DNA of 64,000 nucleotides from an uncultured Thermoanaerobaculia bacterium (GCA_951812325.1 OX638294.1:3198859-3262858), one strand, 5' to 3'; positions 49,080 to 61,852 are shown, counted from the stretch's first letter. A program made the numbers and translations. Notes: a model not told the origin generated them from the letters alone.

Positions 49080-52000
49080 ATGAACGGCCGGCGCATCTTC
49101 GCCGCGGTGACGGTCGGTCACCTCGGGATCGACATCTTCAACAGCATGGGGCCCGTGCTGTTGGCCTTCCTCAAGGAGCCGCTCGGCCTGAGCGCGGCGC
49201 AGATCGGGCTTGCGGTGGGACTCTTCCAGGTGCTGGCCGGCGCCACGCAGCCGGCATTCGGCTGGTTGGTCGACCGGGTCGGCAGCCGCATTCTCGGACC
49301 GTTCAGCGTCGCCTTCAACTTGGGGTGCGTGGCGCTGGCGGTCGCTCTGGCCGCCGCGACGGGGAGTTTCGGCCTGTTTCTCATCCCGTTCGCCCTGGCG
49401 GCGGTTGCTTCCGGCGCCTTCCACCCCCTGGGCGTGATGCACTCGAGTACGGTGAACCCGGCGCGCTCGTCGACGTTCACGGCCATCTTCTTCTTCTGCG
49501 GCCAGGTCGGGCTCACGACCGGGCCGTATCTGGCGGGGCTGGCGCTCGACCGGGCGGGGCTGACCGGGATCTACTGGCTCGTGCTGGTCGTGGCGCCCGC
49601 GCCCCTGTTCATGGCCTTCGCGATGGGGCCGCGGCGATTCCACCGGGCGCCGCAGGCGCCTCAGCCGGGGGAGACGAGGGAGGTTGCCGCGTCAGGGTCG
49701 GGCGGCGGCCCGGCTTCGGCTTCCGAAGCTCCCGGCCGGCGGCCTCGCGTGCGGCCCTGGCTGATGGCTCTCCTGGCTCTGGTGTTCGCCAGCCGGTCCT
49801 GGGCTGTGTTCGGGACGCTCGCGTTTCTTCCCCTGCTGCTCGCGGAGCAGGGCTACAGTTCCAAGTTGCAGGGGCTCGCCAGCGGCATGTTCCTGCTGGG
49901 CGGCGCGGTGGCGGCCGTTCTGGCCGGGGAATGGGCTGAGCGTTGGGGGCGGCGTCCGGTTGTCTTCCTGACCACGTCGCTCGGCGCCCTGCTCCTCGTC
50001 TTCCTGCCGGGCTCCGGGAGCTCGACCTTTGCGCTGGCCCTGCCCTGCGGAGCACTGCTGGGAGCGTCGCACTCGATTCTCATCGTCATGGCCCAGTCGC
50101 TGCTGCCCTGGCGGCGGGGTCTGGCCTCGGGAACGTCGCTGGGCTTCCTGTTCGCGACCGGCGGCACCGCCACCTGGGCGATCGGGGGACTCGCCGACCG
50201 CTTCGAACTGGCCTCGGTGCTTCAGGCCGGCGCCGTCGTCGGCCTGTTGTCCGCAGTGGCCTCGCTTCTCCTGCCGAAGCAGGAGCAGGCCCCGGTCGCT
50301 GCCGCGCCTGCCGTGGCGACGGTCCTGGTGGCGGTGGTCGGCCTGGCCCTGTGTTCCCCGGGCGCCGCCACGGCCGGCCTGAACGGCGAGATCAACGGCC
50401 AGGTGCGCGACGAGGCCACCGGAGAGCCTCTGCGCGGCGCGGAGATCAGGATCACCGGGGCGCAGTTGTACGACCCGAGGATCGTGCACGTCGCCGCCGG
50501 CGGCAGCTACCGGGCGGCGGGATTGCCTCCCGGCAGCTACAGCGTGGAGGCGAGCGTGCAGGGGTTTGCGACCTCCGCGGCGGAGAACCTGATCCTGGTG
50601 ACGGGCGGTGTGCTGAGAGTCGACTTCGATCTTCGCGCCGGCGGCGCCACGAGTCTCGACCTCGTCTCGTCGCCCCTGCTCGACGTGGTCACCGGCAGTG
50701 ACGGCAACGTGCTGGCCGGAGACGACCTGCGGGAACTGCCCGGCTCGACCGCGGCCGAGAGCCTGGACCTCGCCACAGGCCTGGACGCGGTTGCCGGCGG
50801 TCTGTCGGTCAGCGGCTGGTCTCCCGGACTCGCCAGCTATCGGATCGACGGACAGGAAACGGCCATCGCTGCCCGCGAAGCGACCGCGGTGGACCTTCAT
50901 TGGGTCGATCAGGTACGCGTGCGGACGATGGACTTCTCGGCGGCGCTGGCCGGCCCGCACATCGACCTGATCACGCGGACTGGCGACACGGCCTGGCGTG
51001 TGAACGGGGGGCTGTCGGCCGTGGAGCCGTTGGACCGGGCCAAGAGACCGGCTCTGCGCCAGCAGGCGGGTGAGCAGGCTTCCTTCGGCGGCGCCGACAG
51101 CAGGAGGATTTCCGGCGAAGAGGCCTACGTCTTCGTTGGCGGTCCTCTCCGCGACGAGCGCGCGCGCGCTTTCGGCGGCCACTCGACGGGCCGGGCCAGC
51201 GGCGTCTTCGATCTGTTCCTGGCGGGCGCGCCATCGACCTGGCGGGAGACGACGGAAGTGGCGGTCGGCAAGCTGGACTGGTGGGCCGGGTCGGCCAGCA
51301 ACCTGAGCCTGAAGCATCACGAGGGAGTCTCGGAACTGGAAGGCCGTCGGCCCGCCCTGCTGGTGCTTCCCGACGGCAATGGTGCGGAGAGAAGACGTTC
51401 CAGTCACCAGACGACGAGCCTGAACGTCGAGTGGGGAATCACGGATCGGCTGTGGCTCCGGCTCTTCGGCGGCCGTTCCGACCTTCGCGATCGCGCCGAT
51501 CCCTGGCAGGACACGGGCGCCTACTTCCTGGCGTCCGCCCCGGGTCTCGTCGCCGGCTCGCTGCACCCGCGGACCGCGGGGCCGCTGCGGCGGTTGGCGG
51601 CGCGCCGGAACTGGGCCGTGGAACCGTCGTTCTTCCTGTTCGATCACACACTGGACGTCGGCATTCAGAGTGCCCGCGGTGAGTTGCAGCTGGTTCGCTC
51701 CGAACATCCGGGACAGGAGTTGCGGCTTCCCGGCGGCCCCCTGCCGGAGTGGCGCGGCGAGCCCCTCGGAGTTGGCGGTTTGCGGCAGGAGAAGCGGGCG
51801 CTCTACGTCCAGGACGTCTGGCGTCTGGCGGGAGTCTTCGACAGACGCCTGACCCTGCATCTGGGAGTGCGTGCCGAGGAGGAGACGACCGGCCCGCTCG
51901 AACTCGGCTTCGGCGATCGCACCGAACCCCGGATGGGCTTCGTCTGGGACGTGACCGGACGCGGAAAGTGGAAGGTCTACGGAGGCGCGGCCTGGTGGCA

Positions 52001-53054
52001 TGTGGACGCCTTCCGGCCCGTGGCCGGTTTGGCGGGTATTGACGGACTGGCCGCTCTGCAGACGGCGGGATACTCCGGCACGTCCCTGATCTTCGAGCAT
52101 GCCGCCGTTGATCCCGACCTGCGTCCCGGGCTGTCGCGGGAGGTCCAGTTGGGAACGAGATACCAGTTCCTGCCGGACGTGGTGATCTCCGCCCGTCTCG
52201 CCCGCCGCCGGCTTCGCGACGGGATACGGCTGGTTCCGGTGAACGGCGGCGGCGTGATCGTGCCGACGCTCCTGACGCCGGGCGTGGGCGCCGGTGTCGA
52301 TCCCTGGGGAGGGACAGGCCGCGATCTGCCGCGGTTGCAACAGGACTGGTGGGGCGCCGAACTCAACGCGAACGTCGGTTTCAGCCCGGCCTGGCGCGTC
52401 CACTTCAACTATCTGCGGAGCCGGCTGACCGGCAACCACGAGGTCGGCGGCCTGGCGCTTCAGGCCTTCAGTGGAACCGACGTTCATCCAGCGGCGGCGG
52501 CGTTGGACCTCTGTTCATCGCCGGTAGCCTGTGACGTCTTCGACGTGACCGACGAGAGCAGGCGCCTCGATGTGGACCGCGAGCACCAACTCGCCGGCTG
52601 GTTCGTGCTGTCTCCCGGCGACCGGCTGATGATGGCCCTCGTCTACCGGTTCCGCACCGGCGGGTCGTACGTGCCGCGGACCATGGCGGTACGGGTCGAC
52701 GAGGAGAACCGGATTCTCAGCAGCGGACTGGCGCCGTTGTCTCCCGGTGCGGAGACGCCGGTCAGGAGTTCGGATCTGAAGCGGGCGGACCTGGCGCTGA
52801 CTCTCCGCATCCCGCTGCGCTCCGTGCATCGGCGGCTGGCCTTCTTCGCCGAGGCGCTGAACGTCTTCGACCAGGACGCCGCAACCGATCTCTGGCCGCT
52901 CGCCTACTTCGATCCGGTGCTGATCGGTCCGGGGGCGGGCAACGTCGCCGACGCCGTCGCCGAACAGCAGCCGAGGCCGGACGGCCGCGAAGGCTTCGCG
53001 GCCGCGTTCCAGGACAGCCGCCGGGTGCGGGCCGGGTTGCGGCTGCAGTTCTGA
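49080..53054 (+). CDS. MFS transporter fused to carboxypeptidase-regulatory-domain / TonB-dependent-receptor-like beta-barrel
   Basis: About aa 1-400 MFS (GWLVDRVGSR, GEWAERWGRR, GGLADRF); then a hydrophobic segment and GQVRDEATGEPLRGAEI, LPPGSYSVEA, ALYVQDVWRL, LHLGVRAE, PRMGFVWDVTGRGKWK, C-terminal VRAGLRLQF; no intervening stop. Confidence 0.85.
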   Translation: MNGRRIFAAVTVGHLGIDIFNSMGPVLLAFLKEPLGLSAAQIGLAVGLFQVLAGATQPAFGWLVDRVGSRILGPFSVAFNLGCVALAVALAAATGSFGLFLIPFALAAVASGAFHPLGVMHSSTVNPARSSTFTAIFFFCGQVGLTTGPYLAGLALDRAGLTGIYWLVLVVAPAPLFMAFAMGPRRFHRAPQAPQPGETREVAASGSGGGPASASEAPGRRPRVRPWLMALLALVFASRSWAVFGTLAFLPLLLAEQGYSSKLQGLASGMFLLGGAVAAVLAGEWAERWGRRPVVFLTTSLGALLLVFLPGSGSSTFALALPCGALLGASHSILIVMAQSLLPWRRGLASGTSLGFLFATGGTATWAIGGLADRFELASVLQAGAVVGLLSAVASLLLPKQEQAPVAAAPAVATVLVAVVGLALCSPGAATAGLNGEINGQVRDEATGEPLRGAEIRITGAQLYDPRIVHVAAGGSYRAAGLPPGSYSVEASVQGFATSAAENLILVTGGVLRVDFDLRAGGATSLDLVSSPLLDVVTGSDGNVLAGDDLRELPGSTAAESLDLATGLDAVAGGLSVSGWSPGLASYRIDGQETAIAAREATAVDLHWVDQVRVRTMDFSAALAGPHIDLITRTGDTAWRVNGGLSAVEPLDRAKRPALRQQAGEQASFGGADSRRISGEEAYVFVGGPLRDERARAFGGHSTGRASGVFDLFLAGAPSTWRETTEVAVGKLDWWAGSASNLSLKHHEGVSELEGRRPALLVLPDGNGAERRRSSHQTTSLNVEWGITDRLWLRLFGGRSDLRDRADPWQDTGAYFLASAPGLVAGSLHPRTAGPLRRLAARRNWAVEPSFFLFDHTLDVGIQSARGELQLVRSEHPGQELRLPGGPLPEWRGEPLGVGGLRQEKRALYVQDVWRLAGVFDRRLTLHLGVRAEEETTGPLELGFGDRTEPRMGFVWDVTGRGKWKVYGGAAWWHVDAFRPVAGLAGIDGLAALQTAGYSGTSLIFEHAAVDPDLRPGLSREVQLGTRYQFLPDVVISARLARRRLRDGIRLVPVNGGGVIVPTLLTPGVGAGVDPWGGTGRDLPRLQQDWWGAELNANVGFSPAWRVHFNYLRSRLTGNHEVGGLALQAFSGTDVHPAAAALDLCSSPVACDVFDVTDESRRLDVDREHQLAGWFVLSPGDRLMMALVYRFRTGGSYVPRTMAVRVDEENRILSSGLAPLSPGAETPVRSSDLKRADLALTLRIPLRSVHRRLAFFAEALNVFDQDAATDLWPLAYFDPVLIGPGAGNVADAVAEQQPRPDGREGFAAAFQDSRRVRAGLRLQF

Positions 53055-53160
53055 CCGGCTCGGAACGGTTCCGACGGTCGGCTGGCGCCGGAACAGACCA
53101 ACGACCGCCCCGGCCTCGGCCGAGGCTTCTCCTTCGAGACCGCTCCGGGCGCCGCAGTAC

Positions 53161-53547
53161 TTACCACGCGATCCGCACCGGATACCGGGAAACCAGCCTG
53201 TCCGGTGTGACCAGCGTCATCCCGTGCTCGATTGCCTGGCAGATCAGGAGGCGGTCGAACGGATCGCCGTGCACGGGCGGCAGCCGCGGTAGCTGCAGGG
53301 CGCTGGCCTCGTCGACCGGCAGGGAACTGAAGCCGTACCACTCTCGCCGTGTGGGAACGAAGACGTCTGGCTGTGCCGGCAACTCGAGTTTGCCGAGCCC
53401 GTGCTTGACGGCCAACTCCCAGGCCGTGACCGCGCTCACGTAGACGTCGTTCGCGGGGTCCGCGACGAGCTTTCGGACTTCCCCGGAGACTCTGGCGGAG
53501 CCTTGGCTCCACCAAAGGAACACGCAGGTGTCGAGCAGCAGCTTCAC
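53161..53547 (-). CDS. vapC: VapC / PIN-domain toxin
   Basis: MKLLLDTCVFLWW, VSAVTAWE, HGDPFDRLLICQA, LVTPD. Confidence 0.92.
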   Translation of the reverse strand: MKLLLDTCVFLWWSQGSARVSGEVRKLVADPANDVYVSAVTAWELAVKHGLGKLELPAQPDVFVPTRREWYGFSSLPVDEASALQLPRLPPVHGDPFDRLLICQAIEHGMTLVTPDRLVSRYPVRIAW

Positions 53548-53801
53548 TCTTCGGGAAGTATCGGCCCGTTCTCGAACGCGTCGATGAACTCGTCGGGCAG
53601 GGGGTCGAAGAAGGAGTCGGGGACCTCGAACTTGCCTCGATCCAGTCCGAACGGGCGAGGTTTCTTCCGGGCCGCCGGCACAGGACGAATCTCGGCGACC
53701 GGCTCGTTCCGGCGGCAGAGGAGGATCGTCTCCCCTGACTCCACCCGCGCGATGTAGCGGGAGAGATGCGTCTTGGCCTCGTGCATGTTGAGTCGGATCA
53801 T
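53544..53801 (-). CDS. Phd/YefM family antitoxin
   Basis: NMHEAKTHLSRYIARVESGETILL, FFDPLP; 4-bp overlap with toxin. Confidence 0.9.
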   Translation of the reverse strand: MIRLNMHEAKTHLSRYIARVESGETILLCRRNEPVAEIRPVPAARKKPRPFGLDRGKFEVPDSFFDPLPDEFIDAFENGPILPEE

Positions 53802-53808
53802 GATCGAC

Positions 53809-53838
53809 AAGTTAGTTCAGTTGTGGACTCGATGTCAA
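53809..53838 (-). promoter_or_regulatory. Sigma70-type promoter of the TA operon (probably leaderless)
   Basis: TTGACA-N18-TAACTT on the minus strand, 7 nt before ATG 53801. Confidence 0.7.
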
Positions 53839-53903
53839 CCGCGAAGCGAGGCCTGCAGCGGCTTGGTGCGCAACCGGGAGCCGGCAGCGGCGCGCCGTGC
53901 GCC

Positions 53904-54167
53904 CGCCGGTTACACCAGTTCGCTCAGCCGATGCAGCGCCGCCAGCAGGTCGGGCTGCTCGGTGAGCACGCCGCGTAGCGGGTCGGTCTTGCGCCGGTTA
54001 CACCAGTTCGCTCAGCCGATGCAGCGCCGCCAGCAGGTCGGGCTGCTCCGTGAGCACGCCGCGTAGCGGGTCGGTCTTGCGCCGGTTACACCAGCTCGCT
54101 CAGCCGCCTTAGCGCGGCCAGCAGGTCGGGTTGCTCGGTGAGCACGCCGCGTAGCGGGTCGGTCTTG
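53904..54167. repeat. Three tandem 88-bp copies of the ligD 3' end
   Basis: Stop codon (tta on plus strand) at 53910, 53998 and 54086; exact period 88. Confidence 0.95.
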
Positions 54168-56833
54168 AGCTGCTTGAGCCGTTCGGGCAGCGACCGGATG
54201 GTGTGGTCGCGCAGGTCGAGGCCGGGCTTGACCTCGGACCAGCGCAGCGGCGTCGAGACCGGGGCCGCCGGGAGCGGTCTGACGCTGAAGGGGGCGACGA
54301 GCAGCCGTCCGCGGCCGTTCTGGACGAAGTCGATGTAGACCTTGCCGCCGCGGCGTTCGGGGTTGCGGGTGATCGTGGCGATGTCGGGCAACTGGCGGCA
54401 GATGATCCGGGCGATCAGTTGGCCGAGGCCGCGGGACTGCTCGAAGGTGCAGGCGCCGCCGAGCGGCAGAAGAACGTGCAGACCGCTCGAGCCGCTGGTC
54501 TTGACGAAGCTGGGCAGCTTGATCTTCCGGCACAGGCGGCGGATGGCCAGGGCGATCTCGATCACGTCCCCGAAGGGTGCGTCCTTCGGGTCGAGATCGA
54601 GGATGCACCAGTCGGGCTGGCCGAGCTGGTGCACCCGGCTCGACCAGACGTGGAGGACGATCGCGCCCAGGTTGGCGATGTAGACCAGGCTTTCACGGTC
54701 CCGACAGACGAAGTACTCGACTTCCTTGCCGGTGCGGGGGCTCACCAGCTTCACGGTTTGCAGCCAGTCCGGCGCGAAGTCGGGCGCGTTCTTCTGGAAG
54801 AAGGACTTGCCTTCGATCCCGTCGGGATAGCGGGTCATGACCAGCGGCCGGTCGGTCAGGTAGGGCTGCATCGCGTCGGCAATCCCGGCGTAGAAGTCGA
54901 TCAGGTCACCCTTCGTGTAGCCCTCGGCCGGCCAGAACACCTTGGACCTGTTCGTCACGTCGACGCGCCGTTCGGGCGGCGGCGGCGGGGCGGCGCCGGG
55001 GGCCCGCGGCCCGGCGCGGCGTACGCAGTCCTCGACCGGCTTGTCGTCGCGCAAGCGGAGGAAGACAGGGTGCCGGAGCACGCCGTGGGGGGTCCATTCC
55101 TTGTAGCGGACCTCGCAGATCAGCTCCGAACGGGGCTCGATCCAGGTCTGCTCTTCGACCCGGCCGCCGATCAGGTCGTTGTCGGCCAGCGGCCTGTCGA
55201 CGGGATCGTCGGCGTCTGCGCCGTTGCCCGCGCGGCCGCCGGCGTCTGCGCCGTTGCCCGCGCGGCCGCCGCCGTCGGCGCCGACGGGGGCCCGGCATGG
55301 CGGACGGTCGCGCTGGTTGGCCGACAGTCGATCCGCCAGCTCCGCGAGGATCGCGTCGCTGAACCCGGCGCCGACGCGTCCGGCATAGACGAGGCCGCCG
55401 GCTTTGCCTTCGCCGGCTTTGCCTCCGCCGGCTTTGCCTCCGCTGGCTTCGGCGCCGCTGGCGCCGGCTTTGCCTCCGCTGGCGGCCGCCGTGCCGCTGG
55501 CCTCCGCATCCCAGACCGCCAGGTGGAGCGAGCCGAAACCGACCCGGCTGCCCTTGGGCGGCGACATGCCGACGATGGCGAAGTCGGCGGTCCGTTCGGT
55601 GCGCAGCTTGACCCACGACGACGACCGGCGGCCAACGTAGCGGGAGTCGCCGTCCTTGGCCATCGCGCCTTCAAGGCCCATCGCCGCCACCTGCTCGAAG
55701 AACGCCTCGCCCTGCTCCTCGATGTGGTCCGAGTAGCGGAGCGGCCCGGCCGGGGGCAGAACCTTCGCCAGCAGGGCCTTTCGCTCCAGCAGGGCCAGCG
55801 ACCGCAGGTCCGATCCCTCGAAGGCGACGAGATCGAAGGCGAACAAGGTCGCGGGCCGGCGCACGGCGGCCTGTTCGATGTCGACCGGTCGGCTGAGCAG
55901 GGCGCGCGTCTGCAGCCTGGCGAAGCTGGGCCTGCCGCCGGCGTCGAGGACGGTGACCTCGCCGTCCAGGACCAGGGACTGCACCGGCAGGGCGCGCAGG
56001 GCGCGGACCAGTTCGGGGTAGAGCGCGGTCACGTTGCCGCCGTTCCGGTAGCGCAGGAAGACGTTGCCGCCTTCCCTGGCCGCCACCAGCCGGTAGCCGT
56101 CGTACTTCAGTTCGTAGATCCAGCCCGGCCGGGAGAACGGCCGGTCACCGGCGACCGCGAGCATCAGTTGCAGCGAGCGCGGGTCGACGTCTTGCCGTCG
56201 CGCGCCGGATTCGGCGACCTCGGCACGCACCTCCTCGATCCGCTCGCAGCCGTCCCGGAGTTCCTCGACGGTCAGGCCCGAGAGCACGGACTCCGGCGGC
56301 AGGTCGTCCGCGCCGCCCTCGCTCTCCGGGCGGGCAGCCGCGTCGGGTTTCTTCATCAGCAGCCACTGGTTGCCGCCGTCCGTCTGGCGCCGGCCGCCCG
56401 TGCGAAACAGGGTCCAGACGCCGCGCAGCTTGTAGCCGTGGAGTTCGAAGAGGAGCTTGCCGTTCTCCAACCCGGCGACCGGGTCCTCAAGCGGCCTCCA
56501 GCGGCCGCTGTCCCAGACGATCATCGCCCCGGCGCCGTAGTTGCCGGCGGGGATCGATCCCTCGAAATCGGCGTACTCCAGCGGGTGGTCCTCGGTGGCC
56601 ACCGCCAGGCGTTTGACCTCGGGGTCGAGGCTGGGACCGCGGGGCACGGCCCACGACTTGAGAGTGCCTTCGAGTTCCAGGCGCAGGTCGTAGTGAACGC
56701 GGCGTGCCGCGTGCTTCTGGACGACGAAGCGGCCGGCGCCCGTTCCCGTCGCGGGACCGAAGGGTTCGGGCGTCGCTTCGCTCGATCGCTTGCGGCGGTA
56801 GGCCTCGAGATTGCCGCTCGGCATCCGCGGCAT
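54086..56833 (-). CDS. ligD: NHEJ DNA ligase D (phosphoesterase-ligase-polymerase)
   Basis: FVVQKHAARRVHYDLRLE, EDHPLEY, YELKYDGYR, LEGAMAK, LRHPVF, RYPDGIEG, DLDP, KTSGSSGLH. Confidence 0.95.
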   Translation of the reverse strand: MPRMPSGNLEAYRRKRSSEATPEPFGPATGTGAGRFVVQKHAARRVHYDLRLELEGTLKSWAVPRGPSLDPEVKRLAVATEDHPLEYADFEGSIPAGNYGAGAMIVWDSGRWRPLEDPVAGLENGKLLFELHGYKLRGVWTLFRTGGRRQTDGGNQWLLMKKPDAAARPESEGGADDLPPESVLSGLTVEELRDGCERIEEVRAEVAESGARRQDVDPRSLQLMLAVAGDRPFSRPGWIYELKYDGYRLVAAREGGNVFLRYRNGGNVTALYPELVRALRALPVQSLVLDGEVTVLDAGGRPSFARLQTRALLSRPVDIEQAAVRRPATLFAFDLVAFEGSDLRSLALLERKALLAKVLPPAGPLRYSDHIEEQGEAFFEQVAAMGLEGAMAKDGDSRYVGRRSSSWVKLRTERTADFAIVGMSPPKGSRVGFGSLHLAVWDAEASGTAAASGGKAGASGAEASGGKAGGGKAGEGKAGGLVYAGRVGAGFSDAILAELADRLSANQRDRPPCRAPVGADGGGRAGNGADAGGRAGNGADADDPVDRPLADNDLIGGRVEEQTWIEPRSELICEVRYKEWTPHGVLRHPVFLRLRDDKPVEDCVRRAGPRAPGAAPPPPPERRVDVTNRSKVFWPAEGYTKGDLIDFYAGIADAMQPYLTDRPLVMTRYPDGIEGKSFFQKNAPDFAPDWLQTVKLVSPRTGKEVEYFVCRDRESLVYIANLGAIVLHVWSSRVHQLGQPDWCILDLDPKDAPFGDVIEIALAIRRLCRKIKLPSFVKTSGSSGLHVLLPLGGACTFEQSRGLGQLIARIICRQLPDIATITRNPERRGGKVYIDFVQNGRGRLLVAPFSVRPLPAAPVSTPLRWSEVKPGLDLRDHTIRSLPERLKQLKTDPLRGVLTEQPDLLAALRRLSELV

Positions 56834-57089
56834 TCTCCCAGAACCCCGTTTCGCAGGGCCTGGCGCCGGTCGACCGGGTGCGCCGGCGTGCCATCCGTGC
56901 GCCCGACGACGGGCGCACGGACTGGTTCACGTGTGGCGCGGCTTCCCGCCGCGCGGGTCCCCCGCCGGCTGCCGCCGCAGGCGGCCAGAAGAGCGCGCCG
57001 GCCGCAAGGCCGGCGCCGCTTTGGCGGCCGGCTCGAGGAAGCGGCTCGAGGTCCCGCCGAACCGCTTTCGGTGCTATGATTCGCCGTCT

Positions 57090-58001
57090 ATGCCCGCTCG
57101 TTCCGTTGGCGCCGGCACCGTCTCGTTCGGTCTGGTTTCCATTCCCGTCAGGCTGTACTCGACGTCGGAGACCTCAGGCGGGGTCCGCTTCAACATGCTC
57201 GACCCGACCGACAACACGCGGCTCAAGCAGCAGTTGGTGAACCCCCGTACCGGCGAACTCGTCGAGCGCAAGGAGACGATCAAGGGCTACGAGTTCAGCA
57301 AGGGGCAGTACGTCACCTTCAGCAACGAGGAGATCAAGGAACTGCAGGAGAAGGCCTCGCCGGCAATCGAGATCACCGAGTTCGTGCCGCTCCAGGAGGT
57401 CGAGCCGATCTACTTCGAGAAGTCCTACTACCTGGGGCCGGAGAAGGGCGGCGAGCGCGCCTACCGGCTGCTCAGCGAGGCGATGCGAAGCACGGGCCGC
57501 TCGGCTCTGGCCAGGCACGCCGCGCGCGGAAAACAGTACCTGGTCATGCTGCGCCCCTTCGGCTCGGGTCTGCTGATGCAGCAGCTGAAGTACGAGGACG
57601 AGCTGAAGTCCTTCGACGAAGTGCCCCTGGGCGACGAAACCGAACTCAAGCCGGGCGAGCTCGAACTCGCGGTCCAGCTGATCGAGCAGATCGCCAACGA
57701 CGAGTTTCGGCCCGACCAGTACACGGACGAGGTGCGCAAGCGGCTGTGGGAGGCGATTCAGGGCAAGATCGAAGGCCGCGAGGTCGCCGAGGACGAGACG
57801 GAGGCGCCGGAGGCGCAGATCATCGACCTGATGGAGGCGCTCAAGGCGAGCCTCTCCGGGAATGGCGACGCCGACGCGGGTGATGCCGCGGACGAGCGTC
57901 GGCCGAAAGCCGGCGCCCGCGGGTCCGGCGGGGCGGCCAGGTCCGCGAAGAAGGAGCGCCGGGCGAAAGCGGAACCGGCGCGCAGAGCCGCATTTGGTTG
58001 A
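57090..58001 (+). CDS. ku: NHEJ DNA end-binding protein Ku
   Basis: GTVSFGLVSIPVRLY, IKGYEF, YFEKSYYLGP, IIDLMEALKASL, basic tail. Confidence 0.95.
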   Translation: MPARSVGAGTVSFGLVSIPVRLYSTSETSGGVRFNMLDPTDNTRLKQQLVNPRTGELVERKETIKGYEFSKGQYVTFSNEEIKELQEKASPAIEITEFVPLQEVEPIYFEKSYYLGPEKGGERAYRLLSEAMRSTGRSALARHAARGKQYLVMLRPFGSGLLMQQLKYEDELKSFDEVPLGDETELKPGELELAVQLIEQIANDEFRPDQYTDEVRKRLWEAIQGKIEGREVAEDETEAPEAQIIDLMEALKASLSGNGDADAGDAADERRPKAGARGSGGAARSAKKERRAKAEPARRAAFG

Positions 58002-58193
58002 CGTGAGCCATCGCCGGTGAGCCCTCGCTGCGAGGGCGTCAGTCCGGTCGCCGTCTTTGTTCAACTGACTGGATCCGCGCACCCGCGTGGGCGGGGAGCG
58101 GCTAAGGTAATGCTTCGTTCCGGTCGTCCGTTTGGGGCCGTCCGGCCTTAGGTCAGCCAGAGCTGGCCGGTAGTCAACACAGGAGTCTTCGAG

Positions 58194-58721
58194 ATCGCAC
58201 CCCCATCCAGAGAGCCGCGCATCAACCACCGGATCCGGAAAAGCCCGGTACGGCTCATCGATCAGGACGGTACCCAGGTCGGTGTCGTCGCCTTGGATCA
58301 AGCCAGGACGCGCGCTCGGGCAGCCCGGCTTGATCTCGTTGAAGTGGGTCCCAACGCGGACCCGCCCGTCGTCCGTATCCTGGACTGGGGCAAGGTCAAG
58401 TTCGAACGCGACAAGAAGAAGAAGGAGTCGCGCCGCAAGGCGGCGACGGTCGATCTGAAGGAGGTCAAGTACCGACCCACGATCGACCCGCACGACTACC
58501 AGATCAAGACCGACCGGGCGCTGCGCTTCCTGCGGGAGGGCAAGAAGGTCAAGGTCACGATCTTCTTCCGCTATCGGCAGCTCCGCCGGCCCGAACTCGG
58601 CATCGCCATCCTGGACAAGGTGAGCGCCGCGATCGAGGGCGTGGGCGAGGTGGAGACCCGGTCCGGCCTGGAGGGCCGTCAGATGACGATGGTCCTGAAC
58701 CCGGTCGAGCAGGCAGACTGA
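58194..58721 (+). CDS. infC: Translation initiation factor IF-3 (ATC start inferred)
   Basis: AGGAG 8 nt before in-frame ATC; RINHRIR, VRLIDQDG, LDLVEV, PPVVRILDWGK, KEVKYRPTID, KVKVTIFFR. Confidence 0.92.
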   Translation: MAPPSREPRINHRIRKSPVRLIDQDGTQVGVVALDQARTRARAARLDLVEVGPNADPPVVRILDWGKVKFERDKKKKESRRKAATVDLKEVKYRPTIDPHDYQIKTDRALRFLREGKKVKVTIFFRYRQLRRPELGIAILDKVSAAIEGVGEVETRSGLEGRQMTMVLNPVEQAD

Positions 58722-58842
58722 GGCCGAACCCGGGGGCCGCCGCTTGAGCGGCGGGCTGATCAGGCGCGTCCCGGCAGCCGTCTTCGCGATCGTCCATCAC
58801 CGCGAAGATCACGAGCCCCGAGTCGGCGGCGTTGCTGGTCCG

Positions 58843-61848
<3,006 letters not shown>

Positions 61849-61852
<4 letters not shown>

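Noticed and set aside
53904-54167. Possible DGR template/variable repeat pair or CRISPR
   Set aside because: Mismatches are not adenine-specific in either direction, there are no spacers, and no reverse transcriptase is in the window
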